DNA from: Lepidodermella squamata | Lineage: Eukaryota; Animalia; Gastrotricha | Assembly: GCA_047495785.1 (NCBI GenBank) | Contig: JBLDXI010000054.1 | Coordinates: 2,046,001 to 2,110,000 of the forward strand | Direction of reading: 5' to 3' | DNA length: 64,000 nucleotides | Notes under the pieces: model-generated | Seen by the model: the letters and a program-made list of their open reading frames with translations, nothing else | Told to the model about the DNA's origin: nothing | Databases searched by the model: none | Program-made: the position numbers and the translations under genes | Shown here: positions 50,339-62,718 of the stretch, piece after piece | Layout: the number at the start of each line of letters is the position of its first letter | How positions within the stretch are numbered: position 1 is the stretch's first letter

Positions 50339-53300
50339 TGTCTATAGAAAAATGGAAAAAATACCGATTAAATTAAAGTCGGTAAATAATTAACCCGGTT
50401 ATAGATAAAACCGGTGCGGTATCGCGCTAGGGTGCAATAAAAATTGTCGCACACAATACAAGGTGCGCACAAATTGGCCGACAAAGGCCGGGTCACGCAG
50501 TGTGAGCGCGTGACTATCGCGAAATAGTATAACAAAACCGCCAATAATAACTTACCGACAACATTTCAAATATTCGCGGTGATTTTCCTCTCAGTTTATT
50601 TTTGTAAATATTTCTAAAGAGAAGGAAATTTTATTAATACGGTGTCTGAAAAAGTAGTGTGTAAAAGGCGTATCGTAATCAGCCACCCGGTGAGATGACA
50701 AAATTTGTGTCTAGTAATCAAATCGGGCCCCGTATTTCAGCCTTATGGTGCCAGGCACACAGTAAAGTCGAGAGTTGAGATTGAATTTATCGTAACAAAT
50801 TTGCTGCGCGTCAGGTGGTCGATGTGAGCTGGCGCCGGGCACGCAGCCGCCTTAAAAAGAAGTCGCCACCCCCAGCCTGTGTTTAATCCGGAGCTGCAGC
50901 GCCACTTGATGCAGATCACGCCGCGCGCCGCCCGGCTTCTAGGAATGCGTCCGACATCAAACGCCCGCCCGCTCTAGCCCCACCTCAATTGCGGGATGAG
51001 TCGTCCGATTTAGGGCGAGGGATGAACGGAAACCGGTTCCGGACTGGTACCAGATTGGTACCAACGCCGAAAAGACAATTCAGCACTTAAAGACCACTCA
51101 ATAAAATTGTTAAATAAGCGGCTAGTAAAGTGGCCTGAAAGCGGAAATAAATTGTTGAACAATTCAAATTTAAGGCGGATTAACGAAATATTTTTCTCAT
51201 GACCCAATAGGAATAGGATTTTAGTCAGTCCTACGCTAGAAATAGAAAATCGTCAAAAATTAAGGTAGCAGCCTTAAATTCCTAGGCTTGTGATATGGAA
51301 AATTTCATACCCGATACCGGTAATCGATATTGGTCCCATAAAGTTAATTGAATTGAAATTGAAATTGAAAAATTTGAATTTTAAATTTCAAAATGAAATT
51401 TTTTTCAAACACCTAGAAATTCTAATAGGCTATGAAAATTTTAGAATAAATTAAGTTAAAATGTTAAGGTGGACGCCGTAAAGGTAATAATGTTGAAAAT
51501 TAGGAAATAAACAAGGATTTAGCTGGTAGCGAGCAGCGAAGAGGCTATCAGTTGCCAAAATCTTCCGCACAGTATATCGCGGGTTAAACGCTGAGATGCG
51601 GTGATGCGCTCAGGTACCTAGCGCGTAAGTGCGAAAAACGCGCGCGCGTTCATATTGTGCGTCACCTTTTATGGGCGACGCACAGGACATGTCGCCCATT
51701 CGTGATGTCGGCGGTTTTTCTGCAACAATGGTTAGCTGGTTGGTTGAAAACACCCGGCGGTGGCGGTTATGCAGAAGCGCTGTGCGGGGTTAAAGTAACA
51801 ACTGAACGGCGGATATATCGACTCGGACCATCTCCGGCGGGTCCGGCGTCTCTAGACACCCTAGTTCAGACCAGCAGATATTACTATTATTAGGAAACGC
51901 ACTTGAAACAACAATAATTTTTGTTATCTTTACACTATGGCCGGCGATGCTGTCAATTGTGGCGAGGCCTCGCTAAAATAACCCCGTGGAATACCTGTAC
52001 CTGTATAACGAACTGTACCTAACTGGTTTTGTGTTTGTTTAGCCATTTAACTTTTAAACGCGTGCGATGTCCCGCAAGGTGTGCGAGTGTGTATGTAACA
52101 AGCCACCTTAATTGAGCTTGTATCAACACACATTACTCGCCGTACAGGTATCTCGCTCTTGAAACGCGTCTTCGACAGGCGCCTGGCCATCTTAATGGGC
52201 TATAGCCATCCAGGCTCTGCGATCACTTGATGTGTCGAATGATGATGATGATAATGATGACAAGTGCCACGTTAACAGCACTGTAAACAATGCAATTAAA
52301 ATACCTGCGCGCGACACTATATTTTGACTTGCGGGTAATTAAGCTGAATATTTCTGTCACTACATTTTTATCTACTCATCTGTTTTGACGCCATGGGACA
52401 TTGCTTTGAAATCCTATGGTGCAATGGTACATGAAATGGAGCTAACATAAGGGACAAAGCGAAATCTTGAAAGTTGACAAAATAAAATAATGCAAGGTCA
52501 AATTTTGAATGTTCAGTAATATTAAAATTTCGAAAATTGCCAACAAATTAGAAAAATTTAAGGCCGTTTTTCAATCTCAAAGATTTTTCATGGCTCTTAC
52601 TTGGCGGAACCAAAATTGCCTGTTGCGGAACCGAATTTTAAATAATTCATTCGTCCAAAATTGCTTTTTTTCTGAATTTTCTGGAATTTCACGATTAATT
52701 TAGAAAATTCCAAAAAAATTTAGCTGAATTTCCACGTGATTTTCTGTAAAAGGCCTGGTTCTCATTTTCAAAACGCGCCGCAGTCGATTGCGAAGCCGAT
52801 ATCGATTATACCCATATCGGTTTTAATAATCGGCGATATTTCCAATATTCTTGGAAAAAAGTTCTGCCTACCTGAGAGTACCAGGTGGCTTGATCAGTAT
52901 CGATCGAGAGAGGAATTGTAGCAAAATTTAAAAAAAATCACGAGAATGGTAATCGAATTTGCCATTAATTAATGGGCCTAAAAAAGACATGAGAAATTTG
53001 GCCCAACCGGGTAAAATACCGAAAATTACCGAACCAGTTACCATCGTTATGGGATTTTCCGGGTTTTCTCCGGTAAATGTTTCATCAATTTAAAAAATAG
53101 TTGCGTTACATCTGGGACACGATGTATAGAAACCTGAATTTCCAACGTTTTCATCCTAGAAAAAATCCTCAGGTAATTTTTTTTTGTTACCACTCATTCC
53201 TTGATTTCTTATGAAACCTTGAACCATCCTTCCATTTGGGATCTATGCCAATTAAAAAATCTGGTAATTAAGATTTTGACTAGCGACACTCGGCGAATGA

Positions 53301-55953
53301 GCGGGACAATTCGAAAATTCCCGGCAATAAAATAATGATAATTTCAGGTCATTTGTAAAAAAATTGAGCGGGAAATAGAAAATAATTACGGTTGGAAAAT
53401 CCACAGGTTGCACGATCGGCCATCGGGAATTCTGGATTCTAGAACTCCGCTACAATCAATTTGATCCGGATCAAAGCGAAAACACTTTTGCTAATCTTGG
53501 CCAGCCAGCAGTTGTTTACACTGCAATATTTTCTGTTTCATGTTTTTTTTTCATCGTCCTACAGCCTGTTGTCGTTGTTCGCACCACACGAGCCGCTTAT
53601 CTTCCGTCGCCTTTTTCCATTAAGAACTATTAGCTGTAAGTAACTCATATTTAGTGCGTGATGTGACGTGTGTGACGTTGCGGCACCTGCGCCGCTAGTG
53701 GAACACCGCGGCTTCGAACCGGAATGATGAAACGGGCGTGAAGGTGAATTTATACTTACCGTGTAGTAAATTAGCGCCAACGCCGCGATAAAAACAAGAA
53801 AGCAAAAACTGAGCCACACTGGCCATTATTATATGCGATAAAATTATATTCGCTAATTCATCGACCTTCACCCACTATTTTTCGCGGAATAACAATTAGC
53901 CGTGATGATAATGGCACCTTACGACATATAGTGCAGAGTTCGGACAAATTATCGGCAAATTATATCAATTGAGAATGGACAAAAAATAAAAAAATTCGAA
54001 AAATGACCTGAATTATATTTTTAATCGAATAAAGTGCGAATCGAATTTTTGGATCTCGGATCGAAAAATATCGGTGCCACACCGCACCGGATTTCCTTGA
54101 GGTCACTTTCTGATGAAATAATATTCGCATAATATTGCTTATTCATCCTAATTTCCTTTTTATTGTACGTGACCGCACCGCGTCATAAACACGTGATCTG
54201 TCTTTTTTGCCGATAATTAAGGGAGCGCCATTTAAAGTTTCAGCTACATTCATAGTACCGTAAAGCGGGTTAACTTTAAGGCCAAATGATTTTCAAAGGT
54301 TCAAAATCCTTTTATTTGCTTAAAAGTTGAAAAAAATTGGGAAAACGGTGGGATTATATACCTAAAGCCCAATGATAGCTTTTTCGACCACCCTATATTC
54401 ATAAAATCCTGTAGGGTGACTACAACCCCAGGGTGTCTAAAAGGCATGTCTCCTCGCTGGGAAATCGTATAAATTCGGTGAAAACGGATAAATGACCCAT
54501 GTCACGTCGGCTTGGTGATGAGCCAAAAGACCCGTTTCTTGGGACTGCCACCAAACTGCACTAAAGTGTCACCCAACTCGACTTTGCACGAAGTGTCACC
54601 TATGACCCAACTGAATGCAATTCTAGGTAGATCTCATCACGCTGATTAACTTTTTCTTTGAGAGCGGCTTCCTTGTTATCACCATTCTCGAGATAATCGT
54701 CCAGGTGTGACAACAGGTAAGGTCACGTGACCAACTTGACACTGAAATTTCTCTGTAACCGTAAGTGATAAAAATATGGGGTTTTCGAATTCTTACTCCC
54801 CAATTTGTTCTCTATCGAATCAGCGCGTGTCCAAAGGGAAAGAAAAATTAAAGATTTTATCGAAAACATTCTGGGCTTTCTGAAAATTTTGAATTACCCC
54901 GTTTGATTTGTCCTACATAAAATTGTTGGGGGAGCATCAGACGAATCATATTAAAAATATCACTTTTCCAACTTTCATCCGTGGAATGTAATAGCGTGCA
55001 AAATCAATAGGACCCTTTTGTTCTCATTTATTCTGCCATATGGTAAGAATACTGGTTTTCAGGTCATCATGCTTGAAAGACGAGACAAAAAATTTAGCCA
55101 TATCCAGTCTGTTTTTGTCAAAACGTCAAAGGTGAATGACCAGGGAATAGAGGACACGTCGGCCTATTCAATTTATTTTTCTTCATTTTTTACGTTATTC
55201 ATCGAGGTAAAAAAATACCGGTTATTTTTCAGTTGCTAGGTTTGCGTTTAATGATATGATTAGGCGAATAGTTAGGATTTGGAATTTTCTCCGAGATGGA
55301 AGAAATTTAACTAAAAAACTGTACAGCTTGATATCGAAATTTTTATAGTGGCGAAAATCACCCATTTGTAAGGAAAATTGGGTCAGGTTTCAGGGGTTAG
55401 AATTTTAGGCTAATCAGCGATACATTTTTATATAAAAAACACATATTTTCAAGATGCGTCATTTTTTTTATAGAATTTAGCAAAGCTCTTTTCGCCTCCT
55501 ATTTTTTTGCAATTAGGATTCACGCCAACATAATGAGGACAGGTGATTAATGTTGTCACCATGTCATCAGTGGGGATAACTTCTCAATTACACGCACAGA
55601 GCTACACGCCTTCTAGTTTTTCACCGGCTACCAATAAAAAAATCGAAGTCTGCAATCGATTTTTGCTCGAAACGCTTTTTCTGCTTAAAAAAACGCGCGC
55701 GTTCGCTGCTGCGAGCTCGCTCACAAAAAAAGCGATTCCATGATAATAATATTATATAGCAGCTTTATTTGCTCTCGCGTCATACCCGTCAAGGTGAGCG
55801 CGCATGGAGAAAAAAAAAACGCAAAATCAATATTTGCTACCGTGTTGAGTTGCGCTTCCTTCGAACAAATTATATCAGCGAGCGATAGATAATGCAAATT
55901 TTTCATCTGAACAAGCGATTTTTTTGACAGTGTTATTTAATTTTTTTTTGGCC

Positions 55954-56628
55954 ATGGACCAAAGCGATTCGCCTAAAACCATACTACCGGTATATATTTC
56001 CGTTGTTAATTTCTTCAATTTTTTTGACTGATTTTTGTTTATATCAGGAATGCGCGGTTTGTATGGAGCCTTATGTCCACCCTAGCATTCCGAAAAGCAT
56101 GCCATGCTGCGGTCATACTGTCTGCCTGAAATGCTTGGTTAGGCTGGAACGGGAGGCTGATAGCCGAATGCTAGTTTGCCCGGAATGCCGCACCCCTAGC
56201 AAGTTAGGACGGGGAGGCGTTGAAGGTAAATTTCTCAAATTTTTCCTCAATAAAAAAAATTGAATTTTTTCCCCAGCTTTTCAAACTAACATTGCGATTC
56301 AACGAATAGCAGCTCAGTTGAATGGAATTTCGCTACAGGACGCTGTTAATTCGATTCGGTCTCGTGTATGAAAAATTGATGCGTAATTTTTTTGCTCGAA
56401 TGTCCGGGTTTATTTTTCAGAAAAATTACGATGTCCCGCTCTCAGCGCCCTCGGGTGTTTCACATTCGAGAGCACCCATTAGAATGGTAATGCCTCACAT
56501 CGACGAACAAAAGGTAATAAAATCTGGAAAATTGAAATTATATACGATTATTTTAAAACTTGTTATAGCTTCCTGAGAAGAGACCTCAAAAGCCACTGCC
56601 AATTCTCGGCCATGATAGCAAGGCATGA
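55954..56628 (+). CDS. RING-HC finger protein (TRIM-like N-terminal RING; five coding exons)
   Basis: MDQSDSPKTILP|ECAVC...PCCGHTVCLKC...CPECR...GVE|AFQTNIAI; short GT-AG introns in frame; TGA at 56626. Confidence 0.75.
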
Positions 56629-56914
56629 AATCGTAACGGCCATAATTTGAAGGTAATTTCAAATTAAATTCAAAAAATGTCAGAGAATTTTTGATTGAAA
56701 TATTTCTTAGATTTCAATGAGCCTCGATTCAGTTCTCGTGTTCGTGCGCTGCGATGAGTACATTCCGCTTTAATAATTTGGATGTCGGCTTATCAAAAAA
56801 ATGTCGTTCTCTTTTCGTCTACCTTTTATTGCTTTGGGAATATTTGAGAAATAAATTACGTTTTTTTTAACTCGACTCTGTATAATAATATTGTTGACCG
56901 AAATTTTGGTTTCA

Positions 56915-57360
56915 CGCAAAAGCAAAAATAGCAAAACGACAAAAGCGCAAATTTAGTTTATTTTGGCCGTAATAATTGCGCAGAAAGAGGGCAAAACTAA
57001 ATTCAGCAAGGCGAAAATCATATGCGACAACAGAGCAAATAATTTATTGCTTGAAATTCAAATTTTATCAATTTTTTTGTTTTATTTCTACCTATATTTT
57101 TCGTTTCTTATGCTCTATTGTCGCTTTGCTCTATTTTCTTCTTCCCTTTTTCCGCTGCGCTTTTTTAGTTTGCGCAAAAAATCTCGGCAGACAGTCACAA
57201 CAGCAAATACCCAAAAAACACGACAAATCAGCAGATTTTTTATTCCGCGAAAAAATTACCATGTAAATGATGCCTTTTGTTTTTGCCGTTTTTGTCGCGA
57301 TTAAAAAATTTGCTGTTTTGTCGCTTTCGCTATTCTGCGCTATTGCTGTTTTAGCGCCAT
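56915..57360. mobile_element. Degenerate copy of the 44.1-kb foldback/MITE family
   Basis: Shared CGGCAGAC..ACAGCAAATACCCAAAA and TTTGCTGTTTTGTCGC blocks. Confidence 0.6.
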
Positions 57361-57456
57361 ATCGAAATGGATCACCTCAAAAAAGCAAAAAATTAAGAAA
57401 GCGGTTCATCTGTTTTTATTTTCACAAGCATATCAATATTATTAGGGTGGATAAGT

Positions 57457-58149
57457 TTATGAAAAATCGATAATTCGATTGGCCTCGCGTTCTCCCGACA
57501 ACCAGGAGCCGTGAAGAGCTGAATAGAAATGAGGATGAATTGCTACTCCCCGGCAAACATCAGCCGCGGAATTTCACGACTCGGCCAAATCAGTCAACAT
57601 AGACGGCTGAGATTCAATGGGTGTCATGGTATAGCTGCCCCGGGAAAACGGGTCCAACCGCCACGAATGACGGATAAATTTAATTGGTTTTTGAAAATCG
57701 GCAAAATGAGGCTGCAAAAATGTTTCAACAATTTCTGTTTCAATATTTTTATTTTCTTCATCCGGTAATTTTGCGATTATTTCAGCTCAACGGCCCGAGG
57801 CCTATAAGCTGTTAGATAGTTGCCACTTCGAACTGGTTCTTCAACTCCGAAGGCTAAAAAATCGGCAGATTTTTTGGTACAATTTCGGATTGAAATATTT
57901 CCGCATCATATCATCGCATTTTTGCTGTTCTGAAATATCCGATGGCCAAATCAGTGATAACAGGCTCAAATTTACGGGCCACCATTTTTTATCGAATTGA
58001 AGCCAGTATCGATCGAGATGTCCGAAGTCGAGAGAGTTGATGGTCGAAATTTTGGTTTCGGGTAGAGTAGGGTCGAATTTTATTGTCCTAGCTTTTAGAC
58101 ACCCTAGCGGGATCGTGCAAATTACCCGATCAGCCAACCAGGTAAGCAT
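57457..58149 (-). pseudogene. Flavin amine oxidase (spermine/polyamine oxidase-like) 3' fragment, disrupted
   Basis: ADRVICTIPLGCLK, FDPTLP, W..DPFSRGSYT, PRLMFAGE and HGSWLSGEREANRI motifs, broken by in-frame stops and frameshifts; no N-terminal GxGxxG exon seen. Confidence 0.75.
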
Positions 58150-59495
58150 CTAAAAATATATTAAATAATGAAAAACATAAAGACCGCAAAACCACGTTTA
58201 AAAAAAACTCAGCGAAATTGGGCAGGATTCTTGATTTTTCTGGAATTTCTTGATTTTGAGAAATTTATTTATTTTTAGCAGCTTTTTGGAACTTGAAAAA
58301 TCCAAAATTAAATTGAAAATTCAAATTTTCAACGGCGACAAATTTAGAAAATTTGAAAAAATCCTGTTTTCGAGGATTAAAAATCAGTCCTTACTTTGAC
58401 AATGAAATAATAACGGAAAAAGGCGGGGAGACCCTGGCCTAGGCCTGTAAAACGTAAAATTTCGCCCTGCAACAGACCTGTATGGAAAAACCGGAATAGG
58501 CCTAATTCAGGCCTGGACTATCCCGCCTGCGGGTCCCAGGTATATTTTGTTGCTTTCCCTATCGAGCAATGGAATCAATACGATCGGGTTGATACACAAA
58601 TCAATGCTACATTGAAATAGGTAGGTTATATGCAAGGGCTAACGGGGTCTCTATCTCACCAGCTTTTGCTATGCTAATCTGATCCATTTGAAGGTAATCT
58701 ATGTCCTATTATAAGTGAAAAGTGGGAAAAAGGGAATGTGCGCGATCATTGAAGCACTCTGCGTGCTCGGCTTCAATCTGCTCTAAGCGTCAAAATCTGA
58801 CCATTCAAGGACATACAATCACAAAACTTTACATGTTTACAACGTCGCGCCGGTGTTCCAAGTCTCCCTCGTTTCTTTGAACAGACGCAGCGCCGTTACG
58901 CCGACAACGCTGTCCGCTTCGTCCTCCCGATCCGCGAAGCTGTCGAGCAACTACGCCTCTCTGCGAACCCGGTGCCCCGTTCCCCGCTGGCCCTGATCGC
59001 CAGCATGCTTCCTCGGGGTCCTCTGCCCACCTTCGGTGTGTGATCTTTCCGTGTCTCTTCCGTCTTTCTGTAATCCTGGTTCCTCTTTTCCTTTCTTTTC
59101 TCTTTCTTCTCGCTGCACTCCTCTATCTCTGATTAACCCACTCCATCTAATCATCTGTATACGATAAATATTCCCCACTAGCGTCCTCAGCGCACTGCCG
59201 CCGGCAAGCGTATGTCGTCTCGCAACCGGGCGCCATCTATGTCACTTTGTATATATTGTTCGACAGACGGGAAATTATTTCATTGTATTGTTCTTTTATG
59301 TTGGTGACTAATGGACAAATAAATTTGAATTTAGAATTTACAGTGGGAACGCAGCCGATAACCCAGACCCCAAATTTGCCGAGTAATCGCAGCTGTCTGG
59401 AAAAATTGTTAATATGCAATTCTAATTTTTTTGTATCAGGACACTTTTTAAATTCCTTTTTAGAATTTCCGCATCAGGCTTTTAACTCCAGCATC

Positions 59496-61491
59496 ATGTT
59501 GTTAATCTCGACATTCCACCTTTCAGACGATCAGTTCTCCTATCTGTTAAAGGTAACAACAAAGCCAATGCCTTGAAAGAATTTAGTGATCCTCTATGTT
59601 TCAACAAGAGCTTCGAAGTAATGCGCGGCCGCATTCTCACTAACGAAATTGCTAGACGCATAGCGAAGAAGGTTTGGTTATCGGTTGTTAAAGTTCGAAA
59701 TTGGTTTTACAACAGAAGAAGTAAAGCCAAAAAACACACCGGGAAGCCTCGACGAGGAAGAATTAGACAATGGCAATGGTGTAAAATCATCAAGGTAGTT
59801 GAATCCTCATTCCCATCCCCAGCATTGTCTGTAAATACCTGTGTACCATGTATTTAGGAAGTCGATAAGCACTACGTCCTTCCTCATAATGTGATTACTA
59901 AGCTGATGGCTGAAACTGGACTGTATGAGATTCAAGTCAGAGGAGCTTACTTGAAATACCGCAGCCTAATGATGGCGAAGAACGGATATCAAGCGCCCTG
60001 GAATAAGGTATTTTAGCCACTATACATAAGGTTCACGAAATAGCTTTCTAGTTTAGCGCATGCCTAAAGTCATCAAGGCTAAGAAGATTCGGCATTTCGA
60101 AGAAATACTTGGTGAAGAAAAGCACGAGTTGTTGATGTTGGAAGTGAAACATGATCCCAAGCTATTCAAGACGAGACGGCAGCTGCTGGCACGGAAATTT
60201 GGCCTTACCGAACGCCAGGTTGAAAGATTCTTCAACAAGTATCGCATGAAACAAAAGACATATGTTCGCAATAAGTTGACCAAGCAGCAGAAAGAAATAT
60301 TCGAGAAGGTAACACTGAGAAGCGTCATCTTCTTCATATTGTGTTTGCTTGTGTTACAGGAATTCGAACAGAATCCTGGCGCGTCACATCAGAGATCTCG
60401 TGAAATTGCTGAAGCCGTGGGCATAACATTCAATCAAGCCAGGAGTCTTGTCGCTCAGAAACGAGAACGTCTAGGAATCCGCAGCAGAGCGAAGTCTTCA
60501 CGAGACGTTAGAATCACGAATTCTCAACTAGCAGAACTGCAGGAAGCATTCCAATCAATTGTTGTAAGGGGCGAAAAGTTTGACGTTGCCCTGTATCGAG
60601 GTTTGGCCAAGAAAACTGGATTGAAATGGACCCTCGTCAGGCATTGGTTCTATACCCAGCGTAAATCTGCTGGCCTTGTAGTGAAGCCAATAAGGAAACG
60701 AGAAACTCTAGCTGAAAGTAGTATCTGTGCGCTAAATGCCGTGAGTTAAAGCCCATTAATGGATAGTTACGATGTTCCAACAATTTTGTGTCTTAGGAGT
60801 TCGCTGAATCGAGCCGTATGCAAGACGACAGAGTGCAAGCGATTGCTGACAAGTTGGGATTAACTTTTTCCCAAGTTCACTACTTTTTTGCTAAGAAGCG
60901 GAAACAATTGGGTATTGCGAAAAGAAAGCAAATTGGCCTTTACACACTTAAGCATGATCAGCGGCAAGCTCTGATGAAGGTGTGATCGGGCTTTTCTATA
61001 ACTTCCAAATGTATAAAAGTTTGATTATTATGTGTTATAGGCATTCGAAGAAAAGCCAGATAGAGATGAAGCTGATATGGCTTACTTAGCTGAAAATCTA
61101 GAAATTCCGTTTCCTTTAGTGGAACGCTTCTTCGAGCATCATCGCTGTAAACAAAGACGACCTTTCTCAAATCGAGTAGTTCATATCTTGGACTGGGAAC
61201 AGCGACTGCTTTTGGAAAAGGTAATCAAGATAAAAAATTATCAGTCTTATCTAAATTTTACGTTTTAAAATTCGCCCAGGAGTTTCAAATTTCGAAATTT
61301 GTGTCCCACGAAAAGGCTAAAAACCTGGCTACAACTCTCGGCTGTTCCATTAAGAAGGTATGGCTGTCTACAACATTTTCCAGATTCGTTTGAATTTGCT
61401 CTTTATCTGTCCTCAGGTGAAGCAGTGGTTCAACACGCAGCGGTTTGTCGAAAGGAAGAAAGAAGTAAAACAAGAAATTGGATCACCATAA
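59496..61491 (+). CDS. Multi-homeodomain protein with 8 tandem divergent homeodomains (about 513 aa, 9 exons)
   Basis: Exons 59496-59552, 59609-59794, 59858-60007, 60057-60308, 60360-60740, 60797-60979, 61041-61220, 61280-61357, 61417-61491, all introns phase 0; helix-3 motifs VRNWFYNRR, VERFFNKYR, VRHWFYTQR, VHYFFAKKR, VKQWFNTQR. Confidence 0.8.
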
Positions 61492-62718
61492 TTATCCTTT
61501 GTCCTGCAATTACTGAAAAATGAGAAAATAAAACAGCTGATATACATTGAAAAACGACATCATGCTTCAGTTTTGTGACTCTCTGATCCAGAGGAAGGCA
61601 ATGTGATGACATTTTCGAGTGTAGCCACTGTAGCCACTGGAATGTATTTGAGATCCAACTCATTCGCATAAATTGAACTAAATATTAAGCTGACTAAATT
61701 GCGTTAGCCTTGCGCATTATCGGTCCTTCTTTATTCGCAATGATCAACCAACCCAATGAAAAAACAAAAACATCAGCCGATCTTTATAATTTCCCAAATA
61801 GTAGTCACATCACAGCATAAAATACAAGAAATGATCGTCATAATTGAACAGGCGTCATCTTACGGCGACGAAAACACTTCTGCGTTCAAGGCTGCGTGCG
61901 CAGGCCACCGTCGAGGCGAATCAATTATCTTAATTTTTATTATGCATTTACGATCATTACATCATTATGTAATCTTGAAAAATTCAGCGGCTATATTGGC
62001 GCTTAATACAGAATTATTATTTGTATAATTTTTGCTGAAAGTAGCAACGCCACTTTCTAACTTTTTAGTGGGTTCAGTCTATTTTCAGTAAGGTGGCGAA
62101 TTTTTATATTGAAATAGTTTCGCAACTGCCCGACGAATCCAGGTTTCAGGATCAGCAGCACCGGCCCGATAGCCATCTCGCTCATCAATACCAAATTGGC
62201 GACGTTTTATATTTCCCACTGAGCTCGATTTCCGCCTCGCGGTTCGAATTACTTTAAAAGCCATCCTGTAAGGGGAAATATTTTAATGAAATCGATACAT
62301 AATAAAAATTGAGACCCTCGGCAAGAAAAGCCTGGGAATTGAGGGAATTGGCATAATTGTAAGTTCTAAATGCACCCATGTGTAGGATGTATCTATGGTT
62401 TTTTTCATAGGCTGATGCTTCTCGAGGTAGCCCGCCTTCATGTCCCTTCAATATCCTTTCACCTAGCAACGCTGTCACTGTCGAGGCGACTGCCTGCCAG
62501 CGAGTGAATGCTTATCAGCAGCCGTTTAATTTCATGATAATTGCTACAGCTTACGACTGCAATGGTGCATTTAGGCCTCGCCTATCGTACAAAATATGGC
62601 TGCTTCTGCTTCTCCCTTATCTTTTAGAAGAGGTATCGAGAGTCATTAAAAGATTTTTCCGCTCACTAGTCACTTTCTTGGAATAAACAATTTTTTTCGT
62701 GCACTCTATCACGCCTAA

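Noticed and set aside
58834-59244. GC-rich segment with TG..CA ends as a solo LTR
   Set aside because: No matching target-site duplication and no second copy in the window
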